In this document: one piece after another, positions 48,141 through 60,745 of the stretch | Layout of the letters: every line of letters begins with the position of its first letter | How positions within the stretch are numbered: the first letter of the stretch is position 1 | Source: Pseudogymnoascus verrucosus | Lineage: Eukaryota | DNA length: 64,000 nucleotides | Strand: one strand, 5' to 3' | Assembly (NCBI GenBank): GCA_001662655.1 | Contig: KV460213.1 | Translations under genes and position numbers: made by a program | Notes under the pieces: generated by a model | Seen by the model: the letters and a program-made list of their open reading frames with translations, nothing else | Databases searched by the model: none | Told to the model about the DNA's origin: nothing

Positions 48141-49598
48141 TGCATGGAATACGCTTTGATACTCATGCATGAACGGTGTGGTCTATCACCCGCAAACGCT
48201 ACATACATTCACAACTTCACATTTATCCATTGGACACGGATATGTACCTGAAGCCCTGGATATTCGAACATCCCGAATCAATTTCAAGACAGGTTTCTCT
48301 TCAGTGCTATCCTTGAACTGGTTGCACAAGTTTGTTTCTCTTCGGGACAATAACAGCCATATCCTGATACGATGTATTGTGGACGTTATAGCAGATTTGC
48401 TTTCTTTTGTTCTCCAGGTATGGGTTTACACACGACATCGCACACGGAAAATACCACCCTTGCAGAATCAAAACTACACTTGTGTTTTTACGTCATCGAT
48501 TTCGAAAGGCCGGTGTTCACCAAATGGGTCCAAACTTGCAGTGGCCATCTCGATAAGTACGTTGTTCAAGCACTCGCATGGCATCAACAAACTATGTGAA
48601 CTATAAGCTAACCCGAGGAAGTTAGGGCACCGCATTCTATTACGATGAATTGCTAGTTTGCAACAAAGAGATGGAAGGAACTGGTTAGATGTCGAATACA
48701 GATCACGACGGGTTTCATCAGCGAGAGGATTTGCTTCGGTTTATGTAGTCCTGGGATCTCCAGTATTGCATGGAACAAAACAAATGAACCACGAATGTTC
48801 TATTTGAAGCAGAGAAAGCAATCCAGTATTTGTTGTGCTCGTTAATAATGATTGCTGCCATAACGTGCCAAAGCATAAAATGTCCCCAATGCCAATTCCT
48901 GTGATACTTTCAATCCCAGAAGAGCCGTCCTCACAGCCAAGTCATCAGGGATCACAATATGTCCAGGGCAAGTTATTGCCCGTTTCTCAACAAAGATATG
49001 TCATAATAAGGGACGATCTATTTATCATAGTCACCGGCGGAAAATTCAGCTATGGTTCCCTCATTGTAATACTCTATTGCAGCACAATGTTGGTGTGTTG
49101 CTCCGTAATATTGATAATCGGGATCTTTTGGTAGGATCTAACTACTTGAGCAATTGACAAATCCTTTCTTTGACATCAACTTTGGAGAAACTGGCATAGC
49201 TGATGCGAGTTTGATTCTCTCATTTCTGACGCGTTGCAACTTTGGCCTTCGTAAGCTATCCCGAAAAGGAAATTCCAACTTTCGAGCTTGGGGCCCGTGC
49301 GCCATCCCGAAATCCCGAAATCCCGACCCTTCCAGCTTGGGGACTGCATTCCTTGTGCTGCCAGATGATCTTTAACCACTGGAGGTCCAGGGTCTCTCAT
49401 TGCGCCGTGGAATTGCCCGCGTCTTTCTCAGCATTGTTTCTGACCACTTCTTCAAAACGTGTTGACCGTGTAGACCGTGTACGATTTCTAGATTGGAAGG
49501 CCCAAGCTTGAGCCCATAGGTTCGCAAGTTCCAATATCTTCACAGATTGACAAGCGGCCACAGTGCACAGGAAAACACCAAGATGGATATATCTCCTT

Positions 49599-51833
49599 TC
49601 ACTGCCCGGAAGTTGTGTGTTCGCTGCTCCAGATAAACGTTCCACAACGCCACTGTGTGCCCCTCTCCTTTTCACCCGAAGGGCCGAGTGGTCTGGCACA
49701 TATGTAGAACGACCGTCCGCAATTCATGCCAGGTTTCTTTGTCGACAGCATTCTGCATGGCTCGTTATGCTCGCAGCGAGGTGCTATACGCGTCCCAAGG
49801 ATCTTGGACCACGACTCTTTGGCTACAATTGGGTCGATAATATCACCCTCTTTGTCAACATCAACGAGAGTTGACAAATATTTAGCTTCCTTAGGGGTAT
49901 TGTAGCCTTCACCGGCGTTATGTGAAGAAATATCCTCTTGGGTGTCCTGATCCGGTCCCAAAGTCAACCCTTGTCTGAGGTAGGGACTGAGAGAATAGTT
50001 ACTACCAGTAGAGCTGGAAGGTTGGGTATTGACGTTGACATTGGGCTGTCCACCTGGGGTTTGTGTTTTCGGTGTGAAGAAGCCTTGCAACGTGCTTTGG
50101 GCCATTCTCTGTCGATTCTTGCTTGTTGAAGCCTTTTCACTGGCAGGTTTCGTGCGTTTCTGATCTCGTTGCAAGTGTAATTCTGCGGAGCGCTTGCTCT
50201 TAGAAATCATGGAGTTGACTTTTTTGCCAGTATTGCAACTCGATGTATCTCCTTCTTGTTCTTTTACAACTCCAGGTTGGGGAGCCGTACTAAATGAATC
50301 TCTTAAACCCACTTCTACCACTCCACAGCCATCACCTGTTGTTGGGCTTTCAGGCCTGGGTTCGCCACCAGCTGTAGCCAAACCTGTGAGGCTTTCTTCT
50401 TGGATAAGAGGAGTAGCAGGCGGCATCTTGGTAAACATGTCTCGAATATTACGCCTTCTATCAAATTCCGGTAGGAGTTTTGCGGAGGCGGGAAGTAGAT
50501 CTTTGATTGACCAGTCACGCTGGCGAAAGCCATCTTGAAACATTCCCACCGCATTCATAACGTCCCTAATATCAGTTTCTCTCCCATCAAGCTGTACCTT
50601 ATCGCTGATGACAGCATAGACTGGACAGTGGTCCGATCCCATAAGCCCTTCTTGAATATTTGACTCGGAGAACCAATCTTTGCAGTCCAGACTTGCGCAT
50701 ATATAGTCGATGCGAGATCCAAAGTTGCCTGGCCGTGCATTCTTTTTCTGGTCCCAACACGTGAACATGCCACTCCGCCGATTGTGGAATTTACGGCATA
50801 TATCTGTTAGAACAGGCCGAGCTCGACATTCATCTCTTTCGCCATAGACGTTGCCATGCTCAACCAAATGATTAAACAGCCTTCGAGCTGGTGTAGAGAA
50901 GAATTCTTCAGCAGTAACCCCTTCCTTTCGCATTCGCTCCTGAGCATTCGCCGTATCAAGCTCTTCCCGGATAACATTCAAATCCCCAGCCAGTATCACT
51001 CTCTTTCCGGCATCCACTAAATTGCGTATTCTCGCATCAAGGACATTCAGAAAGCCTAGGCGAAAATGATCTCTGGTTTCATCACGGTTGGCTGGGCAAT
51101 AGGTTCCGATCAAAACAAATGCAGGGAATTCAAGTATCAAGCAACGGCCTTCTGAGTCGAGTGTGGCTGCATCCAACGTACAATCCCCATACTGTGATAT
51201 CGTTGGATATCCACCAATTCTCTCATCGTTAGGGAGATCAAAAAAGCTTTGCGAGCTGCCAGGGGGACAAAGAATGCCAGTAATTCCTTCTTCGGCTCGG
51301 ATTGGGGAACAGACGCTTGAGCGAGTGTAGATGGCGACCCCAGAATACCCTGTGGTGGTGCATAAGTATAAATAACTATGTAAACCTCTAAAAATCGCGC
51401 GGTCACCTTTTTTATGTTTGGGGAGACTGAAATATGCGTCCCAACCAGGCACAAGAACCATGTCATCTTGAAGGTCCTTTCTCTGGATTTTTGTCTCCTG
51501 CATAATAACTATATCTGCCTCGAGGATGTCAAACATTGCCTAGTTGATAGTCACCACAGGTTAATTTCTACTCTGTTCGAGCATCAATACAGTTGAACTA
51601 ACCTGGAAGGTTTTCTTTTCTCGCCATGGCTGATATCCGAAGGGGTTCCTGGTGAGTGTGAGTAACCCCAGCTTAATCGCAGATGTAAATGGTGTAAATC
51701 CGAATTCCTTCAATGCATGGCATCAAGCATGAGGATACTGACCTTATTCCATTCACTGTGACGGAATAAGTTACTGTAAGTGTTTGTTTTGAGAGTAAAA
51801 CTTACCGTTCCAAGTCGTTATACGTAGCCCCAT
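49599..51833 (-). CDS. APN2: AP endonuclease 2 (ExoIII family + GRF zinc finger)
   Basis: MGLRITTWNVNGIRNPFGYQPW...MQETK...GYSGVAIY...GDLNV...GSRIDYI...GSDHCPV...CEHNEPC...GRSFYICARP. Includes a 13-nt microexon at 51743-51755. Confidence 0.96.
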
Positions 51834-52133
51834 GGTGAATTATCACCATATGATGTCAGGCGCACCAATGAGTTCACTGCATCGTTTCCATAGACTTATA
51901 GGAATCCAGAAATGAAGTCTCCGAAAACTTTGATGCAGGTTATCGATATATTTAGATCTTTCAACTTGGCTCAGGACTCACCAAGAGGATCATAAAACAC
52001 GTGACTGAACATACGTCGGGTGCGGCTCAATTGCCTGATGACTAATCGGTTATGACTAGCGTGAAAGCTGGTCCACCTCGTCGTTCTCCGAGGCATTGTT
52101 CATTGACTTCCAATTGCATGTCATTAAAGCACC

Positions 52134-52828
52134 ATGTTCTCTTCACGCTCCATTATCCGTGCTGCGGCACCTCTTCGCTCCCAAACAGTGCGACAAGCTA
52201 TCCAGAAGCGCCTTGCACACGCCGAGGCCAAGCTCCCAGCTGGCGTTCAGGATAACGTTTTCAACCGCGAACGTCAGGCCGTCAAGGACCATGCGGCCGC
52301 TACCTCTGGTAAGTTCTGAAAAGTGATGCCGGAAAAGGATGTGAACTTGTACTGATCTTGTTGTAATGCAGATTTGTGGCGTAAACTTTCTATCTAGTAA
52401 GTCGGCCTAAATCCACTCGCCGAGGATCGGAATCCAGAGTGTCCACAGATCATGGATAGCCGTGAGACATCAAGATAGGCGGAAGATGGTTGAGGGGGAA
52501 ATGAATAAAATAATGGAGAGCTGACCGTGCACAGTGCTGTGATCCCTTGCCTGATCATTTCCGGTGTCAACGCTTACAACCTCTGGAACGAGCATTGGGA
52601 GCACTGGGCACACAGAGAGCCACTAGAGGAGCGCCCTGAGTACCCATACCAGAACGTCCGCTCCAAGAACTACTTCTGGGGAAATGGAGACAAGACTCTT
52701 TTGTAAGAAGCCACTGCAATATCCGACTTCCAAGCTGGACCGCCACATAATTGTTTTGGGGAAGAACAGTTACTAACCGGTTTTATAGCTGGAATGACGC
52801 GGTTAACTACCACAAGCCCGCGGAATAA
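52134..52828 (+). CDS. COX13: Cytochrome c oxidase subunit VIa
   Basis: Presequence, then ERQAVKDHAAATSDLWRKLSIY...EHWEHW...EYPYQNVRSKNYFWGNGDKTLFWND; 4 exons; conserved next to APN2. Confidence 0.95.
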
Positions 52829-53123
52829 GCTCGACTCTTTTTTGTTTTTTGAAGGAGCTGAAATGGAAAAGTGACCACATCATGTGGCGATGGCTCTGGA
52901 AATAATTGCGGACAGAGAACCTGTACATTATCTTGCAGTCTACATAAACAAGTGAGCCGAGAACAGCGTCTTATATTCTATAAACTTGAACCGTTATACT
53001 GTACGTGATATTATGAGGGGAAAGTGCATATTTGTAGTAATAGCTGTTCTAGTTCTCTTTCGGCCTTTGATTTGGTCCCAGAGCTGTCATGACGGACTCC
53101 GTCTTTAATCTCTAATTTGTAAT

Positions 53124-55555
53124 TTATGCCACCATCAAGTCGTTATACAGCCCCTTCACATTCACCACAGCCTCAACTTCTCCAAGAGTGCTAAGAATCA
53201 ACGCTTTCTTCGCAATACACGCGCTCATCCTTCTCTTATCTCCCAACTTATACCATTCCCCAAAACAGCGTTCGATGCCCTCCAGGGCCAAGGTTAACAT
53301 ATCCTTGCGTTGCAAGCTCTGGGAAGTCGCCTGCCCTGCTTGCCCCATGTAGGCGTCGACTTGGAAACCCCACAACTCTGCAGATAATGCGGCATCCTCA
53401 CACTCCAGTGCACGTGGAATAACGGTGGTGAGAATCCGAGATGCGGCAGAGAACTCATACAACGAGGTGAGAACAGAAGCAATGATTCCTATGGCCTCCC
53501 ATAAAGGTGGAAGTATGTGCGCTCGCCAAGCTAAGGTTGCTGCATGAACTGCAACTGAGAAGCCTTTCTGTGGACGGCCACATTTGTTGAATAGGAGAGC
53601 TTTCATGTTGAGAAGCTTGAGGCGGAAGAGTATATCTTCTCCTTCGCGTTTAAACCCCAAAGATATCTCTTCGACACGACAAAGGGCGTTGTCATAATCG
53701 CCGCGCTGAATCATTACCTCAATATGAAGAATATTAAGCTCAAATGAAATGTCCGCGTCGCCACCTCGGCATTGGAGGAGCTGCAGTAAGAGTTGATCTG
53801 CACTATCGAGGTTTCCACCGTGCAAATCTTGCTGTACTTGCAGAATTCCACGAAATATGAGCCAATATTGGCTTGCTTTCAGTGATCGCAGAGAGTTTTG
53901 ATCTAGCTGCTCTAATTTTGCATGGGCTTCGGCATATTGGCCATTCTGACCAAGAAGGTAGGCAGAACGACAAGAAATTTTGAGAATATCATCGAATGGG
54001 GCGAGGCGGGAGTGACTATGCAGGAAGCATTCGCAATATGACCACGCAAGGTACGTGATGCCGAGGCGGCTCCACAGAGATGACTGCAGCAACATCTGGA
54101 CCCCCACGTTGCTCATCATGTTCTTATTTATAGTGAGCTGTGAACTTCTCAGGATATTTTCAAATGCGCCCGAGACGCTTTCTCCGGCAGAAAGCCCCAT
54201 CTTGGCTTCACTGAGGAGAGACGAGCTCCACAAGCTCCACATACCCGACTCTTTGGCCTTTACACGAAGAAATGTAAGGCCCTCTCTTTCTATCCCCAAC
54301 ATATTGGTCTTGTCGGCAGAGTTTATAACCGTTGGTTGTGCTTTGCCGAAGTGATACAACCAGCTCAAGCTAAAGTTTAAACAACCCATATCCTTATTCT
54401 CTCTTGCTGTGGACACTGTCTCTTGCATTGCGGCCGCTGCTTCTTGATAGCATCCAAAATCAGCTTGAAGCACAGCAAGATTTAGCAATGCATACTGATA
54501 AAACAGCCTATCTCTGTTCTGCATAGTATAGTCGAAGAATCTATGCAGGTTGTCAAAAGACGTGGGATAATCCCCCGCCCGCCACGAATCAAGAAACCTA
54601 GTGCACGTTAGAAGAGATCTTGCAGTTCTAGTCAACATCATGGATATAACCATACTTGACATAATGTGATAAGCTTGGTATCATGACATCGCCGTCGAGG
54701 ATCTCCTCAAATTGTTGTTGTAGAGTCTCTGGGACTCGGTTGCCAAATTCTTCTACCATTAGCTATGCATATGTGACCGGAGAAGGGACACTTACTCTGC
54801 ATCTGCTCGATCTGAAACTCAAGCAGTTTCTCAACGTCATTCGTGCTAACTAACCCGTCCGGCGATCGGCCATGATGCGTAAAGACGTTGGGATAGGCCA
54901 CACTGACTAATGTTTGCAACGTATCCTGGTCCCACTCTTTGTCCGCCTCTTCCAACATTGCATCGAAGCTCCAGGTTCCCGCGTTTGGGTTCCTCCTTCT
55001 CCAAGTACTTAAGGTAACCTGACGATATGCAATGAAGCTTGTCCACAGGTTCAGCGTATCTTGAAACTTCAGCCTGGTGAATTCTAATTGTGACCTTCGC
55101 ACAAAAGCCCCAAACGGACTCGCCCTCGACAGTAAGATCATGGCTTGACTCGGGGGAGGGATTCCAATATCCGTGTCCATTTGGGTATCCTCGCGGGTTT
55201 TCATGAGCAGGTGTGACCTCCGCTCAAAAAAAACGTGTAGCGCATGGAGCGAGTTGATATCCCACAACTTCATCAAGAATATGTCCCATAATGTTCGGCC
55301 TGGGAGACCAGACGCGGACGGATAGGCGCCGAGGAGTCTCTCAAAGTCCTCGATTGAAATGATAAAATTAGCACGATCCTCCCGTGTTTCGTTGTTTGAG
55401 AAATGATCACGAGGCTTTGGAAGACTTGGAGGCAGTAAATTAGAGACAATAAACGACAGTATGGGAACTGTGGATGGTATTGGAACCGCCGAATCCGTAT
55501 ACAATTCGATCAGGCATAAAAGCCCGATACTGGCAGGAGTCAAGTATCTTGCCAT
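53124..55555 (-). CDS. APC5: Anaphase-promoting complex subunit 5
   Basis: MARYLTPASIG...SPFGAFVRRSQLEF...FDNLHRFFDY...YQYALLNLAVLQADFG...ARENKD; syntenic with COX13/APN2. Confidence 0.92.
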
Positions 55556-55866
55556 CACGAAGGCTTCATGGGTAGTTTGTGAAGGGATACAGCATGACTT
55601 GGTGTGCTATCTCCAATGGACTGTGTTACGGTTAATTGTGGCCGTAGATCTCCGGATTCAGACCCATTGTTCCGTTTGAACGATCACTAAGGTGTTTCTT
55701 TGGAAGTGTGTTTGGATTAGACCTTCATCATAGTCGCGTTACCTGTTTGCATCGAAAGCAAATAAATTCACGTGGTCACGTGGTGTATATGGGCCTAGGT
55801 CTTCGTCTTCCTGGGTGATCATAGATGCTCGATATCACCCGTTCTTATTATTGTACAAGGGCTAAG

Positions 55867-56741
55867 CTACAAAGGTTTACTGCCATTCCATCTGATATTC
55901 GCGCCATGTTTGCTCTTCAATTGGCCTTCCTCTAATCCCCCATCTTCAATAGAATCGTCCATAGTGGCATTGTTTGTTGCCCATATGCTCTCAACAGAAA
56001 TGTCAAACTTTCCTGGCACTCGGTCTATTAAACCAATGCCAATCGTTCTCACCTTTTGGCGCATTAGTTCCGTTTGTGGTTCCATTACGGTTCCATGGTT
56101 GGTGCGAACGAAATCATTCCACTTAATGAGAACAGTTTCCCATTCTCCCGGTTTTCGAGCATAGACCCTGTGCTGGTGTATATCGCTCGGTACAATTGAT
56201 TCTGTTTGTAGGTTGACAAAGTACTTCCGCCCATCAGACTTTATACGCATCGCCAAGTATGTGTATGGGTCGATGTCCCAGAGGCTTTTTCCGAAGATCG
56301 TTGGTGGCCTGTCCCGAGTCCTCCAAGCAGCATAGCCGGTGCGTTGAATTTGAGGTTTGTTTGCTGGAAGATCAATTGATATGTTGCCGTGGAACCTTGC
56401 ATACCCTCGAGAGTTATTTGTTGACTTGGAACTCGAGGAGACGTCGGGTGGGTTCCAATCGAGATTGGCTTTGGTGAATCCACCCATATCAGCGTCGGAC
56501 ATAACTTTACATGCCGCGGTTTCTTCTGGGCTATCGAAAGTCTTCAAAACGTAAGGAGCCGTGGGAAGCCTAACAGCTTCACCCTTTAATGCTGCCAAGG
56601 CGAAAAAGATCAGCAAATCGGCATTGATAAGCAGGTATAGTAGTGTAAGGGACGGCCTTTCCTACCTAGTCTTGAGTATCTCTGCAGTTCATCGATGCTT
56701 CGGCCAATAAAGCCTCGGTTTAAACTTCCGGTGACCCTCAT
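55867..56741 (-). CDS. CIA30: Complex I assembly factor CIA30/NDUFAF1
   Basis: MRVTGSLNRGFIGRSIDEL...MSDADMGGFT...ARFHGNIS...RTGYAAWRT...KSDGRKYFVNLQT; one intron. Confidence 0.92.
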
Positions 56742-57166
56742 ACTGACCTTTGGGAGAGGCTGTATCTCACTGCTTTCGGTCTCGATATCAGACCTCGTCG
56801 GTCCCCAGTGACTGTGGCAGTGTAAACAAATTAATTTAAGAAAGACGCCGCTCGTATAGTATTACAAGTAACGGCATTCCATATACATTTTAGATAAAGT
56901 TTGTGGCCACTCGAACAAGACCAAAGCAATGTCTCTTGTTACTACTAGTGCCATGAAGACAAGTTGATGGTCCATCTATATTTTGAGGCTCAACATCGTC
57001 GGATAAATTATGGCCCCTCGGCACACCTTTGGTCCGTGCCCCATAGTAAACCCACCCAACTCCTAAGGATCCAACGTCACGAAACCAACAACAAAACTTG
57101 GAAGTTTATGAGATGCTGAGCAGCATCTGTTGAATTTAGAATGTATCCAGACTTTCATTTTCTTCG

Positions 57167-57194
57167 TTCAGTCTTTCAGTCTTTCAGTCTTTCA
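57167..57194. repeat. Microsatellite (TTCAGTCT)x3.5
   Basis: Read directly. Confidence 0.85.
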
Positions 57195-58426
57195 TCTGTC
57201 AGCGTTTGAATGCCGCAGCTTCTAATATTTCCTAAACTATCACCACACCTGCTCGATGACATCCTGCCTCAATCCCGGGAGCCTCAACGTTTGAAGGGAT
57301 TAAAAGGCAATTACAACGACAGGTGTAGGATAATTTCAAGGGATCACCCTTGAAGTTTTGCTTTTCGTTGGTCTATATATTCATTGGAAGGGTCTAATTT
57401 CTTGTTTTGTTTTACATACAGTGTTCCCAGTGGTCCATCCCAGGCGCAGATGGATGGAAGACTTCGTACATGTTCGAGTCTAGAGCAATCCATCGCCATC
57501 GTTATACACGTACAAAATCGTCCATTATATTTTTCAATGCAATTGTCTCCGTACAATAATATTTTCTTTTGTGGCGTGAAGCTATATTTATAGAGCCGGA
57601 GCCAAGCTTGTGCTTTTCACAGCCTCACTGCAGCTCACTACAAATGGCACGGCGTTGTCCAACAAATTGCATCATCACGACCAGATTTCCCTGTATAATT
57701 CAGGCTTAGTCTAATCTAATCCACACAGCTCTCCAAGCAACGGTTGACATCCAGTCGCGGTCACGAGAGGAAACGCGGTTACCACATGACCCCCCTTCTT
57801 CGCGCTTAAGCCCTCGTCTCGTGGTCAGGAACCGCCGGCGCAAAATTAAGCCGACTTCCAAGCAGGTACATAACCCCATTCAGCTTTTGAGTGCTCTCGC
57901 TGGGCCAATATCCTTGAATTGAGTAAAGCGCCAATTTCTCTAGCGCGGTTCAGGATCAAATAAATCACCCCCCCCTTTTTTCAAACGCTCTTCCTTCCAA
58001 CCTTCTTCACCCTGTTTACGCGTATTTTGTTCGATCCACACTCACTTTCGTTCTACTTTCCTTATTTCCCAAGACTCTCAATTTCTTTTCCTACGTTCCT
58101 TACTCCCAAAGACTTCCAATTTCCTCTCTCCCAACCTTCGTTATTTCCCCAAGACTCTCGTTTCCCTTTCTTTCTTTCCATTTGTCATATATACACTCTT
58201 TTCATCTGTCTTTGCACACAGATTCTTCAATTTCTCCAGCTCTTCAATCTCGACAAAAGGCAAGTGGTAATCTTTAGCATAGATGACAAGGGACTTTGTT
58301 GTACCTGGCATCGAAGCATGCAGCCTTCTCATGTGGCACTAGAATTCCCATTTCCACGGTTTTGCAATGCGCTAACATAGCCCATCCAGCTCTCATCGCA
58401 GTCCAATACTGTCTCCGGTCATTACA

Positions 58427-60745
58427 ATGTCCAATAAATCCAAGATCAGCGCGGCTGAAAAAGAGATCTGCTTCGGATTTATTCAGAGCCACTTGTCTCC
58501 CAAGAGCATTAACTTCAGCGAAACTGAGCTGAGCCCCGTTGCTTCGGATGAATCTCCATGCAAGAGAAAAGGTACCTTTCACAAACCATTTATACCCCTT
58601 CATTTTAGCTGTTGAGCCTCTATCTCTATTGCTTTTATATTCTCATGTTGTAGTTTAATTTTTAATTTCTCCGACCAAGGGATTTGTTAACGACCTTGCT
58701 ACAGGTAAAACTACTACTGTTGAAACGGAGTCATCCCTCTGCAGCGACAATGATAGTGTTCATACTCCGGAACAAGCGTCACCATACCTTGTCACTGATA
58801 CCGAGTAAGTATCCTCTATCAACTAACTTTCAGTTGTCGTTGACAGATTTCAAGCACTTGTTCTTTCGTACGGCCTGGCAAAGGTACAGAAGACCCCGAC
58901 CCATTCATTGCCCGTACTCCTTCCGACGAGTATGGTGGATCTCCGTCCAATCATGGTGTGCGCCGCGGTGCTTCTCGTAAGCATACGAAGAAACTTGGCT
59001 CTTGTCGTTCGACTCCGTCTGCGAGTGATAAGATCATGAAGAACTGGCGTGTCACTGCGGCTATCACTGATGATAGCTCTCCAGCTGATGGTAAGCGCGT
59101 TCGTGGCAGTCTTCATGCTTGCGTCCCGGATACTGTCATTATCGACAAGAACAATTGTCAATTGTATTATTCTCCAGACAGTTGTCTGTTTGTTGCCAAG
59201 TAAGTAGAATGCCAATGCATCAAGTTTCATAGCTTATGCGATTGTTACCAGCCTGAATAGCCAGCATGACGAGGTTGAACTTGAGGCTGCAGTTACCGAA
59301 GTCTTCCGCAAGTATGGCACAGTCTACGTCAAGATCACTCGTGATAAGAAGAATATGCCAATGGGCTTCGTTCAGTTCACGGTGAGCATTCTGCTAATAT
59401 GCAGTCTTGTAACCTCCGCTAACCTCCTACAAGAATAGTTCCGATGCTGCTCGCGCCAGGGATAAAGCTAAAGGCACAGTTATTTTCGGCCGTGGATGTC
59501 GCATTGAGTGGTCCAATGCCAACCGTGGGTTCCAAAATTCAGCTTTCAATAATCTCAGCCATTCTAACAACACATTCTAGGCAATTACCATCTTACTCGC
59601 CACGACGGTATCGACGTTACCGAAGACATGGCTCGTGCCGTCCTGGAAGAGTTTGGTGAGCTTGAGCGTATACACTTTCCAACTGAAACTGAGATTGTCA
59701 TTTTCAACCTCGGCCGTGGTCCTCTGGTCACTTTCCTCAACTACCAGAGTGGCCGAGAGGCTTTGAATGTAAGATACTGCGCGCTGATTTGCCTACTTAC
59801 CATTAACAATGTCTACAGGAGCTCCGCGATTCTGACGAGTGGAACTTCCAAGCCAAGATTAATGAGCGCAACGCTTCGCCTTTCCAGTCCGGAAAATCTG
59901 CCGTTTCCCGTAGCTGTTTCACTGGGAAAGCCAACCTCGACAGTTTTGAAGTCGACCAGCGTTCTATATTCGTCGCCAACCTTCCCGCAAATGTCACAGA
60001 GTCTCAGGTCCATGACCTCTTTGATAACATGGGTCACATCATCAACATTACCGTTAATCGTCGCCCGTCCGTTCGTGAGGGTAGGTTTAAAACATCCATT
60101 CCCAAACTTTCCCTGACTTTATTTAGGGTGTGACGTTAATGTTTTTGCATACGTGGAATTTGCGAATCCTGGTTCCGTACAGGATGCCATTGAGGCTATG
60201 GTAATATTTGTGCCCCCCTCATTCGGCACTGAGATTCTAACATTGCTCAGAATATGTATTCATACGGTGGCAGTCGCCTCAAAGTCGACCAAAAGAAGCC
60301 ACAGGACATGGTCTCATCTGCTCGTCGGAAGCCTCTTGCTCAACGTATCACACATGATGGCAGCGGTGCAACGGCGGTGACTCCATCATACTACGGGTCA
60401 CCATATCCATACATGGGATACCCGCCAACCCCTTACACGGGCAGCACCTATCCTGCATATGCTCATTATCCCTACCATATGGCACCTTACTGCTACCCTG
60501 GCAGCCCAGGCTATGCTACAACCCCAGTCTCCGACAACGGCAACGGTCACGGTCATGCCACTACTGGCCCGCCTCCGGTATTTGCCATTCCAACTCCGCA
60601 TGGACAGGTTGATTACTACGGCCAAAACCAGGTGCTTCCGTATGCTGTTCAATACGGTCCTCAGGCTCATATTTTCCAACACACAGCGACTGGCGACGGC
60701 ACAGATGCTGGCGAAGCTACCGATTCATACCAAAGTGTGCAATGA
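58427..60745 (+). CDS. RIM4: Three-RRM RNA-binding protein, Rim4-like meiotic regulator (multi-exon)
   Basis: Spliced: PDSCLFVANLNSQHDEVELEAAVTEVFRKYGTVYVKITRDKKNMPMGFVQFT...AKGTVIFGRGCRIEWSNANR...ARAVLEEFGELE...DQRSIFVANLP...FAYVEF, then a Y/P/G-rich low-complexity tail. The layout matches yeast Rim4 (SCIFVASL, RCEPAKVNR, DKKSIFVG). The start codon is tentative. Confidence 0.72.

Larger units (their letters stand above)
43155..49598. other. MAT1-2: Mating-type (MAT) locus region, MAT1-2-type idiomorph
   Basis: Lies between convergent SLA2 and APN2, the canonical Pezizomycotina flanks. Contains an HMG-box gene; no alpha-box motif seen. Confidence 0.88.

Noticed and set aside
49108..49122. 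Minus-strand PDYQY peptide resembling the end of an HMG box (possible MAT1-1-3 relic)
   Set aside because: Only five residues; the upstream frame has stops and no RPPN/W motifs, so chance is as likely.
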